DNA of 64,000 nucleotides from Vulcanimicrobiota bacterium (GCA_050250895.1 JBFWNU010000004.1:64001-128000); one strand, 5' to 3'; positions 38,088 through 48,198 are shown, counted from the stretch's first letter. The notes: generated by a model from the sequence alone, not told the origin. Numbers and translations are program-made.

Positions 38088-39071
38088 ATGAAAGTCCAAT
38101 CACTCAACCGCCAGGAGGCGGTCCATCGGCTGCAGGCCGAGGAGGTTCGCCTGCTGGGCGACAACCGCCCTAATGATGCCGCCGAAGTCCTCAAAGCTCG
38201 CAAACTCATCAGCGACGCCCCGGGAGACACCCTGTGGGACGCCTATAGTCAGGCCGGCGACAAGGCCGAGAAGTCTCAGCGACTAAGCGATACCCTGGTC
38301 CCGAGATTCGACTATTACGGCGAGGCCAAGCTGGACTTGCGCCCCCCTCTGGCCCTGCTCGGGGTCGGCATGGCCGGCACCGCCCTGGCCAACTATGTGC
38401 GCACTGGTGACCTGGGGACTTCACTACTGGTCGGCTTGATACCGGCCGGAGTGGGGGTCTTGGCCGGACTGGTCAATCTCTTCACGACCGAAGAGGGTGG
38501 ACGGGACACCTCGCGGGTGTCGACCGCCACCATCGCGACCACATCGATTGCGGCCGCGGCCACCGGCAACTGGGTGGCTCCCGTCATTGCGGGTACGGTG
38601 ACTATGGGGGCCCTGGTGGCCGCAACCCGGGTCAGTGGACAAGCCGCCCAGAAGCAAATGGCCATTCAGGCCGCCATCACCAACAACCGCGAGCTCTTCA
38701 AGACCCCGCTCAACCCATCCCAGGTGCTGGGCACCAAGATTAGCAAACAGGAGGTCGTGCAGACCCTCTCGCGGCTCGAGAGTCAGGCCATCACCGAAAA
38801 CCAGTTTGAAGACGCCATGAAAATCCGCAAAGACCTGGCCACAGTGGCCACCCTCGGCGGCCAGAACTTCCACGAGATGTTCGTCGAGTGCCAGGCCCAC
38901 GGGGGTGACCGGGCCAAACTGCTCAACAACTATGCCGAGGCGATTCTTGACGATGCCCGCAAGCGGACCGAGATCGAGGACCTGGTGAAGGGAAATCCCA
39001 AGCCCGGCGAACTGCTGGTGGGAGATGAACTGGTGGACGTGGTGGATCAACAGGTGCCCGTCTATCGCTAG
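38088..39071 (+). CDS. Hypothetical membrane protein (tandem paralog 2)
   Basis: AGGAGG RBS; MKVQSLNRQEAVHRLQAEE..; same architecture as the previous gene. Confidence 0.78.
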   Translation: MKVQSLNRQEAVHRLQAEEVRLLGDNRPNDAAEVLKARKLISDAPGDTLWDAYSQAGDKAEKSQRLSDTLVPRFDYYGEAKLDLRPPLALLGVGMAGTALANYVRTGDLGTSLLVGLIPAGVGVLAGLVNLFTTEEGGRDTSRVSTATIATTSIAAAATGNWVAPVIAGTVTMGALVAATRVSGQAAQKQMAIQAAITNNRELFKTPLNPSQVLGTKISKQEVVQTLSRLESQAITENQFEDAMKIRKDLATVATLGGQNFHEMFVECQAHGGDRAKLLNNYAEAILDDARKRTEIEDLVKGNPKPGELLVGDELVDVVDQQVPVYR

Positions 39072-39083
39072 ACGGGAGTCTGC

Positions 39084-40775
39084 TTGGAGCTAGCCGACTA
39101 TCTACGCGAACTCAAAGCGGCCGGGCGCCCCGAGGACTCAGGCTTCTTTACCCTTTCGCTCGAGTCCCTGCTGGAAAAGGTGGCCCGCTTCGGCGGGGCC
39201 GAGGTCGGATCGCACTTGCTCCACGCCGTCCAGGCGGCCGTGGCTCTGGAGGCTTTGATGGTCGACATCAAGGTTGGCCGGGCCCACACCGAGGTGTGTT
39301 TCGAGCCTGGCCAGACCCCCAGATTCGACCCCCACGATTTGCTCAGCGAGCCGTCGGATCCGCAACCTGGACAGGAACAACTCAAAGACACCTGGATGCG
39401 GGCCATGGCCGAGCAGCCCGCCAGCCTCGAGTTAGAGTGGCGCAGCCCGCACCAGTGGTGGACCTGGTCGCTCGTCTCGGGGGTGGTGCCGCGGACCCCC
39501 AGGCCCGATCAGCCGCCTCGCTTTCGCCTGTCTGCCGCGGCTGGCGGCAGTGCTTGGAATATTTTTCGCCATCTGCGCCAGCGCAGCCAAACGCTGGCCC
39601 GGCTCGAATCACGCTGCGCCTTTTGCCCCATCGTGGTCAAGGTCGACCGGCGAGCCATCAACCAGCCCTTCCCCGAGCGCGTCCCGGGGTGGCTCGAGTC
39701 AGCCCGGTCGTGGCGAGCTCCGGCCTTTCGCGAGCATCGGTGGGCCGTCGAGGAACTCGAACTCGCGCCCGAGCAAGGCTTCGCCCTGGCCAGCTATCGC
39801 GAGCGACCACCCCTGCGAGTCGAGCACCAGGGGACGATCTACCCACGCCAGGTCTATCCCGAACCGGGAACCTTCGACCACCCCGGTCCTACGGCAGTAT
39901 CGCGGCTCGTGGCCGGGTCGACCTCGGCGCGTGAAGGTGAGCTTTGGCTCGGTGAAACCCAGGGTCGACCGACCACCCTGACCGGTCTGGCGCACTTCGA
40001 GGGCCGCTATCTGACCTCGGAATTCCCACCGTTGCGGGTCCGTCGCTGGCTGGCACTACCCAATCGAATGACTGACGAAGGATACCTCCTCTATGTTAAA
40101 GACGGAATCCTACTCGACCCGGTCAAGGTGCCCCAGAACTCCAGCCGGGCCATCGTGTGGACATCCGGGCACCGGGTGGATCTCAGCCGCCTGGCGGCGG
40201 TGCGCGATCATAAGGTGGAAGCGGACACGGTCTGGATGCGCCAGTGCGAAAAGAGACTTCAACTCGAGCTGCCCCGGCTCTTGCCGCGATGGGCCAATAA
40301 TGGAGGTTATCAGCCCGACCTGCGGCGCGTTTGGAACCGCAAAGGTGGCCTGGAATTCTCCCCGGTGCGCCTTATCCTGGGTCGGGCCTCGGAAGTCTTC
40401 GAGTTGCCCGAGCGCTTCGACGAGCCCGTTCATCTCCAAGCATGCTTCGAGCAAGAGACTCTGGAGTTGGTCTGCGGCGAGCAGAACGCCCAAGCGCGGA
40501 TCCCGGTCGCTCGTATGAGCGAGTTCACCGGAGTTCGGGTCGATTTCTGCCGCTACCTGCACGAGCGAGACTGGCCGGCCGAAGATGAAGAGGCGATACA
40601 AATCCGCGTGCTTTTGACCAGGGGCTCGGATCGTCTCGAGCACTCGCTGGGTGGCTATGAAAAATTCGTCAAGTCCTACCACTTCGAGAGCAAGCTCGAA
40701 GCCTGGGCTACCCGCCTGGCCGAGTGCGCCAAAGTTCAGGTAAGCTTTCGCCGCCCGACCAGCAAGGACTGGTAG
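39084..40775 (+). CDS. Hypothetical protein with degenerate HATPase/Hsp90-like N-terminus
   Basis: SGFFTLSLESLLEKVARF...HLLHAVQAAVAL; RCAFCPI.V.VD; shares motifs with 34674-35696. Confidence 0.7.
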   Translation: MELADYLRELKAAGRPEDSGFFTLSLESLLEKVARFGGAEVGSHLLHAVQAAVALEALMVDIKVGRAHTEVCFEPGQTPRFDPHDLLSEPSDPQPGQEQLKDTWMRAMAEQPASLELEWRSPHQWWTWSLVSGVVPRTPRPDQPPRFRLSAAAGGSAWNIFRHLRQRSQTLARLESRCAFCPIVVKVDRRAINQPFPERVPGWLESARSWRAPAFREHRWAVEELELAPEQGFALASYRERPPLRVEHQGTIYPRQVYPEPGTFDHPGPTAVSRLVAGSTSAREGELWLGETQGRPTTLTGLAHFEGRYLTSEFPPLRVRRWLALPNRMTDEGYLLYVKDGILLDPVKVPQNSSRAIVWTSGHRVDLSRLAAVRDHKVEADTVWMRQCEKRLQLELPRLLPRWANNGGYQPDLRRVWNRKGGLEFSPVRLILGRASEVFELPERFDEPVHLQACFEQETLELVCGEQNAQARIPVARMSEFTGVRVDFCRYLHERDWPAEDEEAIQIRVLLTRGSDRLEHSLGGYEKFVKSYHFESKLEAWATRLAECAKVQVSFRRPTSKDW

Positions 40776-40866
40776 CATCCTATCCTCTGGGGTGGGTGGG
40801 CCAGAACCCCGACGGTGATTCGCCTGGCCTTTGACCTTGCTAGTCTGAAGGTGATAGGAGTGAATT

Positions 40867-41433
40867 ATGCTACCCACTGTTAGAGAAGCTACTGAACATC
40901 AATTGACCGACCTGGCCGGCGCCAATCGTCATATCCTGGGTGTGGTCGAAAGCCAGCAGAACCTGGAAGAACTGCGGCTCAATCCCGCCGCCCTGGCTCT
41001 ACTCGGTGAGATCGAAGCAACCCTGCAGGGCCACGATGTGCGTCTGAGAACCGTGGCCGCCCTCAAAGATCGCGATTTCGAAAGCGGCATCAAGCGGGCT
41101 CTCTCGGCTCTCTCAGGAGCGGTAGTGGGAAGCTACAACCACCTGCGCCGCCAGGCTGTCAGTCGGGCGCTACGCGACACCTACGCCGGACTGGCCTTTA
41201 TGAGCGCCGGCTACGTCAACCTCAAGACCTATGGCCTGACCCTGGGGGACCTCGAGATCTCGAAAATGGCCTACGACCATTTCGTCGACTTGACCAAGCT
41301 CCTGGTGCGGCTGAGCCAGGAGATGGTGGTTCAGACCCATCGCGAGATCGTGGCCACCCGCAATACTCCGTTCCAGCAAGAGATCGTCGACCGGGTCATC
41401 GCCGCCACCCAACGAGCCTGGCGCGACGCCTAA
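40867..41433 (+). CDS. Hypothetical all-helical (ferritin-like) protein
   Basis: AGGAG RBS; SRALRDTY motif; helical composition. Confidence 0.65.
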   Translation: MLPTVREATEHQLTDLAGANRHILGVVESQQNLEELRLNPAALALLGEIEATLQGHDVRLRTVAALKDRDFESGIKRALSALSGAVVGSYNHLRRQAVSRALRDTYAGLAFMSAGYVNLKTYGLTLGDLEISKMAYDHFVDLTKLLVRLSQEMVVQTHREIVATRNTPFQQEIVDRVIAATQRAWRDA

Positions 41434-41612
41434 TAGGTAATGGGGGCGCTCAGACGCTCCCACTCACGCTCGCTGAGCACCAGCAATTCATCGAGATGCC
41501 GGCGCAGCAACTGGCTCACCAGGCGACGGTCGCGGGCCACCACCACGGTGCGCCCGCCGGAGGTCGCGGCCTCGATCCGGGCTGCCCCGAGCTTGGAGGC
41601 GGCCCTTCGAGA
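41430..41612 (-). pseudogene. C-terminal fragment of an FHIPEP/FlhA-like gene
   Basis: RTVVVARDRRLVSQLLRRHLDELLVLSEREW resembles the FlhA C-terminal PVLL...R..V.RLL......L.VLS..E; no start of its own. Confidence 0.45.
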
Positions 41613-42118
41613 GGGTCCGGAATCACGTGCGCGTAGACATCGGACGTCAGTGTGATGCTCGAGTGTCCCAACATTACCGACACTCGCTAGGCACGATAAT
41701 GCCACCCGACACCAACTCTGCGATTCTGGACCAGTTAGGATATGCCGAGAACCCCTCTTTGTCAGCCTCGGTATAGTAGTCGACATCAACTCGGATGGCT
41801 TCAGGAAAGGCCGGGGTCATCGTCTGAACAGCTCGCCATTGCTTCGATTCTGTAGCCAGTCTCTTCTTCGCGGGGCAAAGCTATCCCCTCCGGTCCGGGC
41901 GAGCAGGTAACGCCGAACCTGCCTGGGCGACCGAGATCAAGTGAAGAGTCGAGGCGACGACGTACCCACCACCAGGGAACGTGATGCCGCGCCGCCGTCG
42001 CAGGCCTTCCCAGCGTAGGGGACTCATCAACCCGACCCCTAGCGGGGCTCGTCGTCGCTCCTCCCCGAGATTGACTTCATCCCCTGTGCCGGCTTCGTCC
42101 CGCTTCCGCCTTCGCTTT

Positions 42119-42698
42119 TCAGGCTTCGGTCGTGTTAGATTTGGAGTTCGGCCTCACTGTTTCCCAAAAACCTTGAGAAAGCTCTGCACGAAGACCCTCA
42201 AGACCGGCATCATCATCTCTGTTGGTCTCCTCCAGCTCCTCGTCCTCTGGCATCGGGCAGGGCTTCAGAGCGCGAATCACCTCATTGCGAAGTTCCACGC
42301 CGGCCGACGAACATCTCTCAGCGTCCTCCAGCAGCCCCAGCACGACCCGGAATCGCTCCTCGGGAATGAGCCTCTGCAGTTGAACCAAGTTTGCGACCGT
42401 GAACGAGACCACGACCCGAGCCCTGACGAAGGCAAGCGTATAGGCGAGGACATACGCGAAAACAAGCACGTAGACCAACAGGATGGGCGCCGAGGGTTCG
42501 CCATAGGAGTCGGGGTACGGGTTGTAACCATCTCCCATAGGCCTGTAGAGGAGGCCCAGAAACTCGGTTCCGAGCGACGAATCAACTACCGAATCCCCTT
42601 CTTCAACACCCACACGAACAGCCAGACCTGGACGAACGCCGCCACGAACGCCAATGCGCCTGGATAACGATAGGCCATCCGACGAAACCGATCAAGCA
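42119..42698 (-). pseudogene. Probable frameshifted membrane protein
   Basis: MLDRFRRMAYRYPGALAFVAAFVQVWLFVWVL.. stops early; a downstream frame continues with a TM segment (42119-42613). Confidence 0.35.
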
Positions 42699-43138
42699 TC
42701 CTGTGACGCTTCCACAGCTCTCAAGATTCGCCCTCCGATGGACCCCGGGGGGAGGGGGGGTCCCGGAACCAAATCCGATCCCCTCGCCCCCCTCCGAAGG
42801 CCACGCTCTCTGCGCCGAAAGATCATAAAAAAGGAAAAAAGCCCCTGTGACTGACCCGAAACCTAAGATCCAGTCCTCACCGGCCGCCGTGGGGCTCTTT
42901 GGGTCGGTGCCTTTTGGGGGTCACGGTCGCGATTTTTCAAATGAAGGGAACCATCAATGCGCGAGGAGGTGAAAGTCGCCGTGGGGCTCTTTACGCTGAC
43001 CACTGGGGCAAAGAATCAAGTTTTGAAGCGCCTGTCTGAACCTCCCCATCTCTCGAATCCATCCTGAGACTCTTTAGGTCGACCCCCTAGAGGTGAATAG
43101 ATAGGTTACGAGAAGCCATTCCTGGGAGGGTGTTCTCG

Positions 43139-45019
43139 ATGTATCTGGAGACGTTGGCCTTACGAAACTTTCGGTCGTTCACAGACTTAGAGATTCCGCT
43201 TTGCAAAGACCTCACCGTATTCGTCGGCGAGAACAATGGCGGAAAGAGCAACGCCGTCGATGCTATTCGTCTCCTCATCCCGCCATTGAACGGCCGCCGA
43301 GACATCTACTGCGAGACCACAGACATCCGGTTTGGGAGTGACTCTTCGCGCTTCGAGATAGAGGCCCGATTCACGGAGTTGAGTGCCGCTCAACAGGGCC
43401 GACTCTTAACGGCTCTCACTGATGAAGAGATGACTCACGCGGCATTTGGGCTCGAATACGTGGAAGACAACGCCGCTACTCGGCCGAAGATCACACACTG
43501 GGCCGGCAAGTTCAAACACACGCCTGAAGCCGGTTCCAGGGAAATGATCCGGCACGTCTATCTCCCTCCGCTTCGTGACGCTCGCCACGCGTTGGCCTCG
43601 GGCAATCCTACCCGAATCTTTGCCCTTCTTACTCATTTTCTCAACGGCGAGAACCCCGACCAGGTAGCGAAGGAGCTAAGAAGGCAAAACGAGCATCCGA
43701 TTCTCCAGAGAGTTGAGGGCGCCGTTGGGGGCCACCTGACGACATTGACCGACGGTGTTCGGGCTCAGGCCAGCAAGCTTCAATTCCCCGGGGAAGAGCG
43801 ATTGTTCGACATTGCCAGAGACCTTCGCTTCAAGCTTGCGGATCACGGCCTGGCACCCGAGGATCTTCGCCACTCCGGCCATGGCTTTGCTAACCTCTTA
43901 TACATGGCGACGATTGCGGTCGAACTCGAGAAGATCAAAGACGCCGACCTGACCATATTCCTAGTGGAAGAACCTGAGGCACACTTGCACCCTCAGCTCC
44001 AAGCAGCGGTACTGAGCTTTCTTGAGGAAAAGGCGCAAGAATCTAGGAAGGGCAGCACATCAGGGCCGGCAGGGGAGCTTCAAATCGTGGTCGCTACTCA
44101 CTCCCCCAATCTGTCAGCCTGGGTGGAGGGAGAAAAACTCCTCGTCTTCAAGACCCACCAAGCCGCCGCCGCCGTGTCTGACGCCGAAGAACCTACGGCG
44201 GGTGCCGGCGAGCCGCTTGAGGGCTCTCCGAACCCGCCGAGGCGAGAAACGAAATGCATCCCGCTTAGAAAGCTCGGTGTTGAGGCGGACGACTGGAGAA
44301 AGATCAACCGCTATTTGGATGTGACACGTTCCGCTCTCCTGTTCGGCGGAAGGGTCTTGCTGGTCGAAGGGATCGCCGAGGTTTTGGTTCTCCCGATCAT
44401 AGCAAAGGAGTTTGTTCTCAAAGAACGGCCGAAGGAATTCCGCAGATTCCGGAGCGCCGTCTTTGTCTCGATCGACGGCGTGGATTTCGACCCTTGGGTC
44501 ACCCTTCTTCTCAAGAGTTGCGATGGGACCCGGGTGGCTGAACGTGTGGTGGTAATTACCGATGGTGACGCTCATAATGTTACGCCGGTATCTGATGAGG
44601 AGGACAAGCCCGACGCAGAGTCTTCGTCGAAACCGAAGCCCAAGTCAAAGTCTGAATCAAAGCGGCCGGCCGGCGAGGTCAGGAAGGAGAGACTTCTGAA
44701 GCTCGCTGAAGACCTCGACGCAACCGACTACCTTCATGTAGAGACAAACACCTACTCATTCGAGAGCGAGCTTGTTATAGCGGGCAACAGTGACCTCGTC
44801 GAGGCGGTATTTTCGCATTGCCACTCCAGATCGAAAGGCAAGTGGGACGCTGCCATCGCGCTCACCGACGGGTCCGCGCAAGCGACGGCTGTCCAGAAGC
44901 TCTTCACCAACACCCGCAAGGGGGACTTCGCTCACCAGCTAGCGGAGGAGATCAGGAAGCGGCCAAGTTTCATTGTTCCAAAGTATCTCCAAGATGCAAT
45001 CGAGGCGCTCGTGAAATGA
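43139..45019 (+). CDS. OLD-family ATP-dependent nuclease (ABC ATPase + TOPRIM), GajA-like
   Basis: LRNFRSF, VGENNGGKS, GHGFANL, LVEEPEAHLHPQLQ, ATHSP, LLVEGIAE, ITDGD, KGDFA. Confidence 0.9.
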   Translation: MYLETLALRNFRSFTDLEIPLCKDLTVFVGENNGGKSNAVDAIRLLIPPLNGRRDIYCETTDIRFGSDSSRFEIEARFTELSAAQQGRLLTALTDEEMTHAAFGLEYVEDNAATRPKITHWAGKFKHTPEAGSREMIRHVYLPPLRDARHALASGNPTRIFALLTHFLNGENPDQVAKELRRQNEHPILQRVEGAVGGHLTTLTDGVRAQASKLQFPGEERLFDIARDLRFKLADHGLAPEDLRHSGHGFANLLYMATIAVELEKIKDADLTIFLVEEPEAHLHPQLQAAVLSFLEEKAQESRKGSTSGPAGELQIVVATHSPNLSAWVEGEKLLVFKTHQAAAAVSDAEEPTAGAGEPLEGSPNPPRRETKCIPLRKLGVEADDWRKINRYLDVTRSALLFGGRVLLVEGIAEVLVLPIIAKEFVLKERPKEFRRFRSAVFVSIDGVDFDPWVTLLLKSCDGTRVAERVVVITDGDAHNVTPVSDEEDKPDAESSSKPKPKSKSESKRPAGEVRKERLLKLAEDLDATDYLHVETNTYSFESELVIAGNSDLVEAVFSHCHSRSKGKWDAAIALTDGSAQATAVQKLFTNTRKGDFAHQLAEEIRKRPSFIVPKYLQDAIEALVK

Positions 45020-46713
45020 CTGAATTCACGCCGACCGACGAGCAGCGAAAGGTCATCGAATGGCCAGGCTCAGCCTTTATTTCGGCGTGTCCAGGGGCGG
45101 GAAAGACACGGGTCATGGTCGAGCGGGCCCGAGTGCTGCTCAGCGAACAGACGGGAAAGGGAATCGCGTTTTTGTCGTTCACGAACGCGGCGGTTTCCGA
45201 GTTGGCGCACCGTCTGAACGCCGAAGACCTCCTGCAGCGTCCACCTTTCCCGCACTTCGTAGGCACGTTTGACAGCTTCCTGTGGCACTTCTTCATTACA
45301 CCTTTTGGGATACCCGGGTCTTCATCGCGGCCTTGGTTGATGCCAGACAAGAATGAGCGAAGGGTTTCACTTGGTGGTAAGGCTCGTCCCATTCCGTTGC
45401 AGTGCTTTGACCGCGACACCGGCGAGATGTTGGCTAACGAAGCGGCCCGCATAGGCTTCAAGCCAGATGCATCTGCGGCTGCGCGCTATGCCACAGCTGT
45501 TCGGGGTCTTCGCAGGACACTTCTGGAGTCTGGTGGCCTCGACCACGACGACGTCCGCGAATTCTCGATCGCGCGCACCCAAGATGAGCGACTGGCGCCG
45601 AGATTGCAGAAAGCCCTGGCCTCGCGCTTTGCTGAGGTTATCGTCGATGAGGCACAGGACTGCAACCCGCAAGACCTCGTTCTGGTCAAGTTTCTGCGCG
45701 ACTCGGGGATCGTGGTAAAGGTCATCTGCGATCCCCAGCAATCCATCTACGGCTTCCGCGGCGGCGTAGCCGATGAACTGATTGCTTTTGGAAAAACCTT
45801 CGTCGAGGAGCCCGACCTGACTTTGACCGGCACTTTTCGGACAACACCCGCCATCTGTCGCGCCCTAGCGGCGTTGCGACCGAATGGCACAGGCACGACG
45901 GATCAACCGCTAGGGCGTTACAGGGAGGACGCTACCCCTATTCACGTGTTTCGACTTGCGAAGATTTCTGACCGCGTGGCGTCGAGCTTCTATGAATTGG
46001 TCCGAAGCCTCGATCTCAGTCCATCGGCGTGCCCGATCCTCGCGGCCACGAAACGCATGGGTGCGAACGCTACCGGGCAGGCTCCACCTAGCGATAGTGA
46101 AGCGCTCACCATCCGTCTCGCGGAGGCTGTCATGGACTTTCACTTCGCCATAGAGCCTAGCAAAAGAATTTCGTCTCTTGAGCGCGTCTATCGTATGATC
46201 CTCGAACTGGAGGGCCGTCTAGGTGAACTCTCCTTCCGCGAATTCTTGGTGAAGGAGGGTGCCGAACCGATGGGTTGGCGACCGGTTGCGCTCGGTGTGG
46301 TGAAGGCGCTGAAGTATACCGTTGATCAGGGGGTCGAGCAGTGGTTGGCACAGGCGCGTAAGACACTCGGTCCTCACCTTCGGGCAGGTCGGAAAATCGG
46401 GAACCTGCTCAAATCAAATAAAAACCTTCCCAACACCCTACGCGAACGGCGTGACGTGGGAGGAGCCCGAACCATCCACTCTGCAAAGGGCCAAGAGTTC
46501 CCAGCTGTTTGCGTTGTCTTGCCGAGGGCCTCATTCTTGGATTTCCTCGAAAATGGGACGCCTGCCGAGTTGGCCGAGGATGCTAGAAAGATCTATGTGG
46601 GGGCCTCTCGCGCCCAAAGACTTCTCTGTTTCGCCATTCCCGAGAATCAATCGCCAAGAGTAATTGCTCGGCTTGAGTCTGCGGATGTGCCCGTGAAAGT
46701 CATCGATATCTGA
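45016..46713 (+). CDS. UvrD/Rep-like SF1 helicase, GajB-like
   Basis: ACPGAGKT, LSFTNAA, GTFDSF, IVDEAQD, DPQQSIYGFRG, TIHSAKGQEF, YVGASRA; ATGA-coupled to the OLD nuclease. Confidence 0.9.
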   Translation: MTEFTPTDEQRKVIEWPGSAFISACPGAGKTRVMVERARVLLSEQTGKGIAFLSFTNAAVSELAHRLNAEDLLQRPPFPHFVGTFDSFLWHFFITPFGIPGSSSRPWLMPDKNERRVSLGGKARPIPLQCFDRDTGEMLANEAARIGFKPDASAAARYATAVRGLRRTLLESGGLDHDDVREFSIARTQDERLAPRLQKALASRFAEVIVDEAQDCNPQDLVLVKFLRDSGIVVKVICDPQQSIYGFRGGVADELIAFGKTFVEEPDLTLTGTFRTTPAICRALAALRPNGTGTTDQPLGRYREDATPIHVFRLAKISDRVASSFYELVRSLDLSPSACPILAATKRMGANATGQAPPSDSEALTIRLAEAVMDFHFAIEPSKRISSLERVYRMILELEGRLGELSFREFLVKEGAEPMGWRPVALGVVKALKYTVDQGVEQWLAQARKTLGPHLRAGRKIGNLLKSNKNLPNTLRERRDVGGARTIHSAKGQEFPAVCVVLPRASFLDFLENGTPAELAEDARKIYVGASRAQRLLCFAIPENQSPRVIARLESADVPVKVIDI

Positions 46714-46815
46714 AGCTTGGCGTTCGGACTCTGGCGAGTTCAGCAGCTCTGCAAATGTTTCATTGAGCCAGCTGCTTGAGTGTTCGTTCACTTAGCACCT
46801 TGACCACCGCCTCGG

Positions 46816-48198
46816 GAGTTATGATGATTTCTGGTGTTTGGCAGGGATAAAAAGGTAGCGCACCCTACTGGTTTTTTGAACGAAAAACTAACGAAGGGAT
46901 ACGCTATGGAAGACAATACGATCATCGAATTCAAGAGACCTGCGTCGGCATCGGCAGATCCGCTCACCGACCTGCTCCGGAAGGGTGCTCGAGAGCTCTT
47001 GGTGAGGGCCGTCGAGGCCGAGCTGGAGGACTTTCTCAGCCAGTTCAATGGGCTCCGGCTGGAGGACGGCCGCCAGGCTATCGTTCGAAACGGCTTCCTT
47101 CCCGAACGGGAGATTCAGACCGGAATCGGGCCTGTGGCCGTCAAAGTCCCGAAGGTCAGAGACCGCACGAGATCAGGGATCAAGTTCAACTCAAAATTGC
47201 TCCCTCCTTACCTCAAGAGGACGGCCAGCGTCGAGACGCTACTGCCCTGGCTTTACCTCAAGGGAATCTCGAGCGGCGACTTCAAGGAGACCCTCGTGGC
47301 GCTGGTTGGCGAGAAGGCGAAAGGTCTGTCCCCGCAGACCATCGGCCGGCTCAAGAAGCAGTGGGAGGAAGAGCCCGAGACCTGGGCTGCGAGCAGCCTC
47401 GCCGGCAAACGCTATGTCTACTGGTGGGCTGACGGCATCTACTTCAACGTTCGTGGCGACGACGCCAGGAGTTGCATACTTGTCGTTATCGGCGCCAACG
47501 AGCGAGGCGAGAAGGAGTTCGTCGCTCTCGAGGAAGGCCTTCGGGAATCCGAGCAGAGCTGGCTCGAAGTCCTCTCGTCACTCAAGCAACGCGGCCTCGC
47601 GGAGGGTCCGGCGCTGGCCGTCGGTGATGGCGCTCTCGGCTTCTGGAAGGCTCTCACCAAGACCTTCGGCGAGACGCGGCACCAGCGCTGCTGGGTCCAC
47701 AAGACCGGAAACGTCTTGAATAAGCTGCCTAAGAGTTCGCAGAAGCAGGCGAAGTCGATGCTCCACAATATCTGGCAGGCAGAGACCAAGAAGGCCGCAG
47801 ACATCGCCTTCGGCCTCTTTGTCGACACCTACCAGGACAAGTACCCAAAGGCCACCGCGTGCCTCGAGAAAGACAGAGACCTGCTTCTGAGCTTCTATGA
47901 CTTTCCCGCCGCCCATTGGCAGCACATCAGGACCACCAACCCCGTGGAATCGACGTTCGCCACAGTTCGCCTACGGACCGACAAAACGCGAGGCTGCGTC
48001 TCCCGACGAACCATCCTGGCAATGGTCTACAAGCTGGGCCAGAGCGCCAAGAGACGCTGGAGGCGCCTGCGAGGCTTCAAGCATCTGGCTGAGGTAATCG
48101 AAGGGGTCAGGTTCGTCGACGGCGTCAAACAAAGTGTTGAGGAGCCTCTGGGGAGTGCTGCCTAGCCCGACGCCAAACACCAGATTTGACCATATCTC
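46816..48198 (+). mobile_element. IS256 family insertion sequence
   Basis: IRs GAGTTATGATGATTTCTGGTGTTTGGC / GAGATATGGTCAAATCTGGTGTTTGGC (rc); 9-bp TSD CCGCCTCGG at 46807-46815 and 48199-48207. Confidence 0.93.
46906..48165 (+). CDS. IS256 family transposase
   Basis: VRNG, VPKVRDR, YWWADG, VGDGALG, QRCWVHK, RTTNPVES. Confidence 0.95.
   Translation: MEDNTIIEFKRPASASADPLTDLLRKGARELLVRAVEAELEDFLSQFNGLRLEDGRQAIVRNGFLPEREIQTGIGPVAVKVPKVRDRTRSGIKFNSKLLPPYLKRTASVETLLPWLYLKGISSGDFKETLVALVGEKAKGLSPQTIGRLKKQWEEEPETWAASSLAGKRYVYWWADGIYFNVRGDDARSCILVVIGANERGEKEFVALEEGLRESEQSWLEVLSSLKQRGLAEGPALAVGDGALGFWKALTKTFGETRHQRCWVHKTGNVLNKLPKSSQKQAKSMLHNIWQAETKKAADIAFGLFVDTYQDKYPKATACLEKDRDLLLSFYDFPAAHWQHIRTTNPVESTFATVRLRTDKTRGCVSRRTILAMVYKLGQSAKRRWRRLRGFKHLAEVIEGVRFVDGVKQSVEEPLGSAA

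Noticed and set aside
43037-43072. IS3-family terminal repeat (TGAACCTCCCC...)
   Set aside because: No partner end or transposase found; too short to support.
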